Shown: positions 37,019 through 48,510 of the stretch, one piece after another
Layout of the letters: every line of letters begins with the position of its first letter
Position numbering within the stretch: position 1 is the first letter of the stretch
Source: Octopus vulgaris
Taxonomy: Eukaryota
Length of the DNA stretch: 64,000 nucleotides
NCBI GenBank assembly: GCA_951406725.2
Contig: OX597816.1
Coordinates: 90,520,001-90,584,000 of the forward strand
Direction of reading: 5' to 3'
The notes under the pieces: model-generated
Told to the model about the DNA's origin: nothing
Seen by the model: only the letters and a program-made list of their open reading frames with translations
The model's database searches: none
Translations under genes and position numbers: made by a program

Positions 37019-38191
37019 GTATATATACATATATATATATAATTCTTATGGACAATGGTGTTATAACATCGATGAATTTAACATTTTTCGTAAGTCAATG
37101 TATTTTCGACAACTGTCACGTCTCAAGAGTTGGATTATTCTAGATTAAGAACATTTCAAATATTAGCATTGTAAATATATCTTTTAAAACACGCATTAAG
37201 GTCATCTCTACAGATTTTTCTATGGAAATTATAGCCGGCACTGATTTCATTACGATATATAAAAAAATTTGAAAAAAAAAAAAAAAAATGCGGTAGATCA
37301 AGGGAAATCACTCTAAAAAAAATTACCTAGGTTATCTCCCCTTAAAATGCTTACCGTTACCGCATGACAGAATCTACGTGATCATTACGTTCCTTTTCTA
37401 GACTTACTGTATTACATGAATCTTTCAATTCTAAGATAGTAGGGTGGGATTTGTGAGAAATTTGGCTGCTGTTTCAAATAGATTGAGCAACCACTAAGAC
37501 ATCATTCCACCGACTTGTTGCTGTTATAGAAGCTTATATGTTTCAACAGGTTCCTCTACACCCAATCAGCTCTTTTTAAATTCATGAAACAACTTTTTCT
37601 TAGATGTTTATGAGTAACCATTTCAATGCATGAGAAAATAATAGAAAAAAAACATGATACACTGGAGATAAAATGAATTGATTTCAAGAAAGTGTTTACA
37701 GAAATAATAATCTGTGATAGGGTGTAGAATAAAACAAAAACTGAATAAAAGAACACACTAATGTCAAAGACAAAGTGTTGAATGCAAGATCACCAAAGCT
37801 GTTAGAAGACTACAGGATCAAAAGTAGGGAAGTCAAACACAATGCAAGAATGAAGGAGGCTTTATTAAAGTTATAGGAAAGGAAACTATACAAAGGGAAA
37901 GGTGAACTAGTTGGTATCTACAGGATTAAATTTTATCAACAGAAAGCTATGATCCACTTTCTGAAAGGTTGCTAAATCAGTCTGATATTTCTGCAGATCT
38001 AATTCCAGTCCAGCAGTTTTTGATGGAGGTCAGTTAAAATGGTAAGGAGTGGTAAAAATTTTATTGATTATCTAGCTTTGGATGCTGATGATTTGTCATG
38101 AATTACTGGAAATTTAATCTATTTTGGTGACACTGTATATTAGCACTGGAGGCACACACACACACACATGTAGAAATATACATATACAGAT

Positions 38192-38236
<45 letters not shown>

Positions 38237-38387
38237 AAGATATATTACTTACCCACACACATACTCATCTATAAATACATAACTAGATGATCTCACACAC
38301 ACACACACACACATATACTCATACATACATACATAACTAAATGATTACACACACACGCACACACACACACACAAACACATTATATAT

Positions 38388-38482
<95 letters not shown>

Positions 38483-39560
38483 TTAAAATGTCTAATGCTA
38501 GCATTGAATCAGCAATAAAAAAGGCTCTGCCAAAAGGTCTCATACCAATCTAATATTGCTTTAATCAGAATACCTACACCTATTTGAAGAAAAGTTTTAG
38601 AAACTCAGCAGATATCAAACATATTGGCTAGCACAAAAACAATTAAAAGACCAAAATTATAAACATTGACACAAGGAAATCAAGGATTGGTGCATATTAA
38701 AACTTTTATTTATCTTAGGTATGTCAGAAAAAAAAAAAAAAAAGAAGAAACTATTGAATAAAACTAGAGGTACATTCTATATAGAAACCCATGCATTTCA
38801 GTCAAAAAACATAGATCAAACAGTATTGTGAAGCTATTGTTCATAATGTTTGTCTGAATTCCATTGAGGACCTGTACTAGAAAACAGGTTAACATTTCCC
38901 TGAACATTAATAAACACAGGAGAAGATGGGTGAGACAAGCTTTTAAAAGCTACAACAGAATAATCAAAGAATTTCTAAGATGGACACCATCAAGAAGATA
39001 AAAGAGATGTTGATCAAACATAATATGGTATGATACTATGAATATCATACAGGAGGAGTTGAAACTTTCATGAAGCAATGTCCAAGCAGCTACATGGAAT
39101 GTGAAAAGGTGATGGTGGTCTTAGCCATAACTGACATAGTAATTAATAACATCAGGGATTGATTTTTTAAATTTTAACTTATCTTAATGAATGGACACAA
39201 ATATTTGGCATTATGGTGAGTACTCATCATCATCCTATCTTTTTATGTGTACATAGGTCTACATTATTTAATCTAAATGATTAAATCATATTTCAGAATG
39301 TCAATGAACCAAAAGTCAACTTTTAACCTCTTCACATATTATCCTGTATCCAGTAACTTCATAATGAATCATAACCGATCCAAAATAATTTGTCTACTTA
39401 TTCTTCCTTGTATACAGATTCAAAATAAATAATAGAAAAATGTCCTTTGCATGGAAATTCATAATAAATAGGTATGTTAAGAAGTAAAATAGAAATCCAA
39501 AATAATCTACTTAATTTCTGTATAAGTGATACTACAAACAAATGTATTTATTTGCATTTC

Positions 39561-39614
<54 letters not shown>

Positions 39615-41153
39615 TATATACACACATACCTAAAGTGTAATATGAAAAGTTTGGTTGTACTTTGTCAGCAGTTAGTACATTAGCATACAATTAATTTCCT
39701 CTTTCATTTAATTTGTCATCGACACTTGCTGCATGTTACGATAGGTGCTGTTTAAACTATTATCAATATATAAATAATTATATCTAATGTTATTACGAAT
39801 ACCATTGTTATGTGTTTGCTATGACTTTTTATAACTGTTATTGGCAGGATCTGGTTGGTGCAGGGGAAATTATTTCTGGTACATGAAATATATAAGCAAT
39901 GGGAGAGGGTGACACAGCCACATTATCGTCATTATTTTTATTCTGCTGCTCTTCACCCACCCCTGTCAGTCGCTGCCTCTCCTTTACTTTTCCTCCAGAC
40001 TCATGTATCATTGGTCATTCCTCAACCCTACAAATCTCTACAGCTGTTACCTAGATTCCCCTCTTTCCTACTTATCATTCCTCAACACAAGTTCATTATA
40101 TTTTTCTAACCATCTCTTACTCTCCCATATTCCTTGCAGCCTCCGCCCACACACATCTTTTGTTCCAGACATTACCATCTAGTTGTAATATTCATCATCA
40201 TCATCATTTAACGTCCGTTTTCCATGCTAGTGTGGGTTGGACAGTTCGACCAGGGTCTAAGAAGCCAGGAGGCTGCACTAGGCTCCAGTCTGATCAGGAA
40301 GTGTTTCTACAGCTGGATGCCCTTCCTAACGCCAACCACTCTGTGAGTGTAGTGGGTGCTTTTTACGTGCCACTGGCACAGGGGCCAGAGGAGGCTGGCA
40401 AATTGTAGAGGATTATTAAAATACAAGAAAAAACATTTATTTAAGAAATATAAATACATTTATTCTCATGGCAGCTTATATACAGAAATTCAGTATATTT
40501 CATTGCTTCATTTTTATATTTTACTTTCATTTCTATGGTACTCTTGCTTAAGTGATGCTTGTGGTCATTATTTTAGTGAATAAACTTTTCCAATAAAATA
40601 ATGTAGGGAGATGAAACAATGAAATTACAACCACAGGTGCAATAGATGGGGTATGATTAGGTTTGATTAAGAAACCAACATTATAATTCTGGTTATTGCC
40701 TCAGATAGGATAGTTTTTTATATTTGTGTGTGTGTGTGTGTGTGTGTGTGTGAGTGATTTGTTTTTGTGTCTGTTTTCCATGCTAGTAGGAGTCAGAGAA
40801 ATACATATTGATGTATTACTTTATAGCCAGAATGTCTTTACTGTTGCCAACCCTTATCTGTTTTTTAAGTAAGGGATTGTTTTGTCTAATCCTCTCTCAA
40901 ATTGCAAACCAAGAAGAGGACATTTGATGGAATGTCAATAAACATCATTGAATTTTTCTGCCTCAAAAGTTTGATATAATATTCAGAGTGTATGAATATA
41001 TAATACACACACACACATCAATGGCATGGTGAAGATGCAGGCATAGGTGTGTGGTTAAGAAGTTTGCTTTACAACCTTCAGGCCTCAGTTCCATTGTATA
41101 GCACCTTGGGTGTTTTCTGTATTAGCTCCAGGCTGACCACAGACTTGTGAATG

Positions 41154-41205
<52 letters not shown>

Positions 41206-41427
41206 AAAGAAACCTGTCATATATTTATATATATACATACATGGCTTAGATGACTAAAACGCTGAAGCCACTGTCAATAATATTCTTAATTGAGAATAAT
41301 AAATTTGTACTCTACAGAAGTATAAAGTAATCCTTGAGATTAATGTCAAAACAAACATTAATATATAAGCATTTACACACACACACACACACATACACAC
41401 ACACCACACGCACACACACACATACAT

Positions 41428-42400
41428 TATAGTCCTCCAGGCTATAACAGAGGAATTCAAAACTGGATGCACATGGGAACTGCTATATATTGATGACCTT
41501 GCACTTATTGCAGAATCTTTAGCACAGTTGGGGAAGAAATTCCAGGTATGGAAGCAAAACCTGAAATCAAAGGAGGGCCTTAAAGTTAACCTTGCAAAGA
41601 CCAAAGATGTTGTTAGTAAGAAAGAAGATACAACTCTCTTTCTGTCATCTAAATGGCCATGCTCAATAGGAAAGGAGTTGGAGAATTTCCATTCACTGCA
41701 CCCAGTGTAAGCTATTGTCACATAAGAGGTGCAGTGGAATCACAGGTAGATTAACAGATAAAGTTGTCTTTGTATGTGGCAGATGTGCAAGAACAATAAA
41801 CTCTAAGAGCACACAGGAGTTAGATCTCTCAAAAGCCCAGGAGGCTCTCTTGAGGTTGTAGATAGTTTCTGTTACCTAGGTGACCAAATTAGCAATAGTG
41901 GCGGATGCTCTGAAAGTATTGTTTCTAGAAGAAGAATAGGATAGTGGAAGTTCAGAGAGCTGTCACCTCTGTTGGCAACAAAAGGACTCCCTGTCTGAGT
42001 GAAAGATAGACTATATGATGCTTGTGTGCAAACGGATATGCTCCATAGTAGTGAGACATGAACTCTGAATGCAGAAGACATACATAGACTTGAGAGAAAT
42101 GAAGGCAATACGCTCCATTGGATGTGCAACATCAGTGCACATATATGACAAAGTGCAAATGTGTTGAGAGAAAAGTTGGGCATAAGAAGAATCAAATGAA
42201 GCATGCAAGAAAGAAGACTACTTTGGTTTGGACATGTGATGCATACCAATCACTGAAAGTGGACAGTACCTGTGGAAGAGGGGGACCCAGGAAGACATGG
42301 GATGAAGTGGTAAGGACTGATCTCAAGATGTTGGGCCCCACAGAAGAAATGACAATGGACTGAGATGTCTGGCAATGAGGTTCTTGAGAAGACCCACCCA
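41428..42400 (+). mobile_element. Degenerate RTE LINE RT fragment
   Basis: Homologous to 9789-10906 (IVLQAITEEFK, LLYIDDL, GPRKTWDEVV) with many stops. Confidence 0.85.
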
Positions 42401-43098
42401 CATCAGAGAAAATGAGTTCTAGAGGTGCTGCGTGTTCCACCCACACATAACAAGAAAACATTTCACACACCCTACCCCAACAAATTAAACTACATCTCTC
42501 CTCATCCTCACATTTCCTCCTTCATGCACTATGTTTACCTCCCACTCCTCAATCCTGTCCTCATGACCCTCTGTTTCTCTATCATTGCTGTCCAGTAGTT
42601 CCCCCACCACTCTATACACCCAGGTTTTTCACCACTCACTGCATTCCCCCCCCCACTCTCTAATCATACTTCTTTGGCAATGTCCTGCCACACATTATGG
42701 CCTTTGAGCCTCAAGGGTGTGCCTTGGCACTCAGTCCACTCTGCTGGGTCATTGGTGTTAGGAAGGGCATCCAGTTGTAAAAATCCTGCCAAAACAGACA
42801 CCAGCATGAGTGCATTTTACATGGTACCAGCACTTGTAAAGGACAAGTGTGTATGTATGGATGACTGTGATTTTAATTAGCTGACCATGATTTTACTTAG
42901 CTTCACTGGAATGAAAGCTCTAAGCAGTGATGTTTATAAATAGAAACTTGTTACCAGTTCAAATATGCGTCAAGCATATTTGAACTGATTTGGTCTACAG
43001 CAAGAAATTTTCTCCATGACAAAATACGATAAATGGCTCCCTTATGGATTTGAATATGCTTCAAACATATTTGAAATGGTAACAAGTTTGTATATATA

Positions 43099-43753
43099 CT
43101 GTAAATCCTCGAGTATAATACACAGGGGATTTTTAGTGGGTTGTACCTCTGAAAAACCTAAACCTTGTGTATAATACACACCCCTTCTCTAACTTGAGTC
43201 AAGGAGGTCTATATAATGTCCCTTGTTTGTAAAAATGTATACGGTAACGTCCTTTAGTATTATTGTATATATAACACAATGCAAATGTGTAGCTTTTTTG
43301 TGCATTTTGTTTGCAGAAAATAAAGAAATAACAGTAATAATGTTTAATAAATGTTGCTTACTGCAAGTTATGGATGATTCTTTTATGATTTCATTGCTTT
43401 CAGGCTTAGCTTAAGGTATTTTCACGCCCGACATCAGAAAATGCGTCTGAATAAACATTGCCGGACAGCAAATAGAGACTCGGACATTGCTTAGAAAATA
43501 ATTTTCATTTTTAACCTCGTATATAGTACGCACTAGGGATTTGCATTGCCCGCAGTGCTTTGACCAGAACTGTCATCGGTGGTTTAGATAGAATACGTTC
43601 ATAAAGAATTAAATTCTGACAGATTCTTTCAACTTTCGAAAATGACATTTATTTAATATATTATAATGAACACTACTGATCTTATTTCGTTTTTGGATTT
43701 GGTTTCAAAGATTCTTTGGGAAAAAAATGTGGATTATACTCGAGGATTTACAG
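43099..43753. mobile_element. Tc1/mariner-pogo-type MITE, copy 1
   Basis: TIRs CTGTAAATCCTCGAGTATAAT / ATTATACTCGAGGATTTACAG; TA TSD. Confidence 0.9.
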
Positions 43754-43989
43754 TACACATCTCTGCTTAGTGCTTTCATTCTGAATTTTTATTTACAGTG
43801 AGCCACCGATTAGTGTAACCAATTATAGCACAATGATGGGAATACAAGCCAAACCTGTCTCTTTTGTTAGTTTGCAGTGTCTGCCTTTCCATTTCCTTGT
43901 GCTGAAGAAGAGATAACTACCCCAAAATGCATGCATCCACCAGTCTGGTTAGGAAACACTGTGAACTGACTCATTCTATTTACACCTCT

Positions 43990-44391
43990 TCACTCTTTTA
44001 CTCTTTTACTTGTTTCAGTCATTTGACTGCAGCCATGCTGGAGCACCGCCTTTAGTTGAGCAAATCGACCCCGGGACTTATTCTTTGTAAGCCCAGTACT
44101 TATTCTTTCAGTCTCTTTTTGCCGAACTGCTAAGTGACGGGGACGTAAACACACCAGCATCGGTTGTCAAGCAATGCTATGGGGACAAACACAGACATAT
44201 ACACATACATACATATATATATATACATATATACGACAGGCTTCTTTCAGTTTCCGTCTACCAAATCCACTCACAAGGCATTGGTCGGCCCGAGGCTATA
44301 GCAGAAGACACTTGCCCAAGATGCCACGCAGTGGGACTGAACCCGGAACCATGTGGTTGATAAGCAAGCTACTTACCACACAGCCACTCCT
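43990..44391 (-). mobile_element. tRNA-derived SINE
   Basis: Reverse complement of the 35573-35942 family. Confidence 0.85.
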
Positions 44392-46021
44392 GTCTGTCTT
44401 TAGTGAGAAATTCTCTCCATGACAAAATACAGTGAATGACATTCTTACAGGTTTAAATGTCTCACGCATATTTGAACTGGTAACAAGTTTGTGCATATAT
44501 ATATATATTAACTTTTACTTGTTTCAGTCATTAGACTGCAGCCATGCTAGGGCACTGCTTTGAGGAAATTTTAGTCAAATGAATCGTCCCCAGTACTTAC
44601 TTTATAAATCTCTTTTACCTAACTAAGTTACAGGGACATAAACACACCAACATTGGTTGTTAAGCGGCGGAGAGAGAAAACAGACAGACACACACACATG
44701 ATAGGCTTCTTTCAGTTTCCGTCTACTAAATCCACTCACAAGGCTTTGGTTAGCCTAAGGCTACAGTAGAAGACATTTGCCCCAAGTGCCATGCAGTGGT
44801 ACTGAACCCAAAGCCAGGTTTCTTACCATATTGTAGGGAAGCAAATGCGTATATCAAATGATATCATCAAAATTTTATATACTATAAGACTACTGCCAGT
44901 AGTTTTATAGTATGCTCATTTACCATCTCGAATATTTCCATGCATCCACGCTCTATTACTCAATAGCTGGTGACCCATATTCTACGTCTATCCGTCCATT
45001 TTGACAAGATTTATTTTTCTTCCTGCAGGGGCTTTTGGTGAGTGTTTAGTTAATTAGGGAGGGAGAGGGAGTGAGAGAGAGAGAGAGAGAGAACAAATAC
45101 AAATATACCGTTTTAATTAGAAAAGGTGCAGGGACAAACTATTGCTATGACAGAAAGAGGGGAAAACAAGATTGAGTGTTTGTCCAACTCTATTTTTCTT
45201 CAATAAAGATATTCTTTTCTACATTTCAAACAACTCAAATTTCTGGCAAAATTCCCACTTTCATTTTTCATACGGTTGTGCAAATCGCAGCTCTTCCAAC
45301 GATGAACTGATTTAATTAATTTAATTTTCGTGTCGTGTGTGACGGGGGAAGGGCGTAAGAAATTTGAAACCTGTAATTTTGAAAAGAATTCCAATCTTAA
45401 GCGTAAGTGTTTCTGAATGTGTGGTATTATAAAATGACGAAAAATGCCAGAACAACAACAAAAAATTATCCATTCTTCCGAAGGTTCGATAAGAGATGGG
45501 GTGGGTGGGTGTCAAGATGTTTGAAGAACATGAACTTTCGAACACAAGGTGGAGTTTTGGAAAAGTTGTCTCGCAAAATTCTGTATGTTGCGAAAGTGTC
45601 TGAGAATGTGTAGGAGTAAAAAAAAAATGTAAATATGAAATTTAAATTTAAAAAATGTATTTTTAGAACCGGAATTTCCATTGCATGAAATAGAGCGATA
45701 CATAAATATGAAGTAAATAAGCAACACATACTTTCCTATGAGATATCTGCGACTTCAAAGATTATAAACTTGTAGGAAGAAATTAACTACTGTTGGATTA
45801 TATAACGGATAACAACTGAGAGTGATCAATGGCAAATATAGGAAATACAATAAATTTTCTGCGAAATAGTTTCACTTTCACGATGATCCTGAAATTTAAA
45901 AGCGCCTTAGAATAAATTCTAAGATGCTTTTAGCGTTATGTAAAGGAAGAGTTTTCAAGTGCATTATTAAATTTGTTTAATTTATTTAAAGAATATTCGT
46001 GTCAAAGTGTTTAAAAGTTAC

Positions 46022-46063
46022 CTGTCTTTTTGACTGCCGGGAACCGTGCGATTGCGAGTCCAT
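46022..46063 (-). CDS. EIF2AK1: eIF2-alpha kinase (HRI-like), probable coding exon 1: MDSQSHGSRQSKRQ
   Basis: ATG at 46063 in an A-rich context, open to a CAG|GTAACT donor in phase 0, which joins exon 30312-30357 in frame. Lies at the start of a CpG-richer region. No homology support for this peptide. Confidence 0.65.
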
Positions 46064-46698
46064 ATTTTTTTACAAACGAATGTGGGAAGTGAAAACAAAC
46101 AGTAGGAATGTGCTAAGGGGAAGTAACTATCAATTCCAAATCTATTCTTCAGTGTTTGTCCGATAATGCAAGTGCTTTGGTTTGGCTGCTGCTACGTAAA
46201 CTTTTCATTGTTATTTATGCATATGATGCAATTGCACACGAAATTACGATAGTTTACTTTCGGGGGTTTTCCAAAAATATTTTGAATTTCCTTTTGGCGG
46301 GCTGCAGTTAATTACTGAGCACCGGTTTTAAGATAGAGAGAGAGAGAGAAAGAAAGAAATACAGAGAATCTTCTAGAACATTCCCAGGAGAAACGAATGT
46401 TCTTTAGCACTGCTGGTGGTGGGGTACGATACGTCGGAAGAAGTCAAATCATCGCGGTAAACTGCAACAGACCATTTGATACTTTTTAAACCTTGAAATA
46501 TTTCATTTTTGGTTTACTACTACTACTACTACTACTACTACAAACATGCTACCTCCGATGAATTTGTTTCCTCATAACTTCCAGAAAAATAGATGTTTTT
46601 CTTTTAAATGTTCAATATATACCTTTTAGATGATGTAGATTACGATTATATCGGAATTTAATATGGAGAAGAAAAAAAAAGATGCGTTCGCACACATA

Positions 46699-47207
46699 CC
46701 ATAAATCCTCGAGTATAATCCGCACCCCCGCCCCAAATTTAAAGGTCAAAATCCCTAGTGCGTACTATATACGAGGTTAAAAATGAAAATTATTTTCTAA
46801 GTAATGTCCGAGTCTCTATTTGCAGTCCGGCAATGTTTATTCAGATGCATTTTCTGATGTTGGGTGCGAAAATACCTTAAGCTAAGCCTGAAAGCAATGA
46901 AGTCATAAAAGAATCATCCATAACTTGCAGTTAGCAACATTTATTAAACATTATTACTGTTATTTCTTTATTTTCTGCAAACAAAATGCACAAATAAGCT
47001 ACACGTTCGCATTGTGTTATATATACAATAATAATAAAAGACGTTACCGTAGACATTTTTACAAACCAAGGACGTTATATAGACCTCCTTGACTCAAGTT
47101 AGAGAAGGGGTGCGCATTATACACAAGGTTTAGGTTTTTCAGAGGTACAGCCCTCTAAAATCCCTGCGTATCATACTCAAGGGCGAACTATACTCGAGGA
47201 TTTACGG
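46699..47207. mobile_element. Same MITE family, copy 2, inverted relative to copy 1
   Basis: TIRs CCATAAATCCTCGAGTATA / TATACTCGAGGATTTACGG; TA TSD; body is the reverse complement of about 43125-43540. Confidence 0.9.
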
Positions 47208-47716
47208 TACATATACTAACAAACATCACAAAATGAAACTTGAAATTTCGAAAAAAATTATGACGTGTGTCAGTATGTATGTGTGCGAGGCCGTCAGTAT
47301 TTTTTTTCACATTATATTCCGATATCATTGTAATCTACAACATCTGAAAGATATTTGTAGCAAAATTCATAAAAGGATATTCATTTTTCTGAAAGTTATG
47401 AGGAAACAAAGTCGACTTTTGTGACCTTTCAGAAACTCCTCTGTCCACCCTCGGAAAAAACTTTTTTATGACAAATTCCGATATAATCAGAATCTGCACC
47501 AGCTGAAGCATACTTGTAAAAATTTCATTTAGAAATATCAATTTTTCTGGACGTTGTGAGGAAACAAAGTCGGAAGGGTGGGTGGGTCACATACGTGTGT
47601 AGATATGCCTTGTTTTTTCCCCGAAGAGTTTGTAAGAATTCATAGAAATATTTATCAAATGGCAACCTTGACCTCCAACTTAATTTTGATATTGCGTTAT
47701 TTGCCTTGAGAAGATC

Positions 47717-47763
<47 letters not shown>

Positions 47764-48458
47764 TATATATAAATTTTTATAAATAAGGATAAGATCGTTA
47801 TTTAAATATCGAACTTATCAAAGGTAATAATTATTATTAAAATTATAATTAAGGGTATCTAAGAGATACCACATGCTTGAAATAGCAGCCAAAACCTGAC
47901 TCTAAAACCACATTAAAAGTTCATACAGCACCAGGAGAGAAGCAGACAAAATAAACTGGTAAAAAAAAACAGTCAGGTCTTGGCTGCTATTTCAAGCGTG
48001 GTGGTATCTCTTAGATACCATAAATTATAATTATAATTATATATATAGTTAGGTTATATTCTGTTGAGAACGTAGTAGAGTACCTTCAGATTTCACCCGG
48101 TGCTATCCAGTATTTGGTTATGCAACCATTTCCCTGCATTATGAGATCTTGTGTTTCCTCAGGTGATGTATAAATATTGTTTCCGTAAACTCAAACTCTC
48201 GGCTTCAAGTGCATCCTCTCTGTCCGTCGTGCTTGCGAGATAGTAGTACCCACTCAGTGTATTAAAAAAATGCGTTGTGAACCACAACAATAAATCCGAA
48301 AGAGAAGCACACTCTAAGACTTAGAGTTAAGTTATAAAGCAGTAGAGTAATTAGATAAAGATAGTTATGACCGGTCTATGGGGTTTCCCAGGGTTTCGCG
48401 TCCGTAAAGCTCTTAGCCTTACAGTGTCTCTTCAGTAGTTAATGGCCGGTGGCCTATA

Positions 48459-48510
<52 letters not shown>

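Noticed and set aside
38337-38553. YIYI/THTH/ERER ORFs here and throughout the window
   Set aside because: Translations of (TA)n, (CA)n and (GA)n microsatellites.
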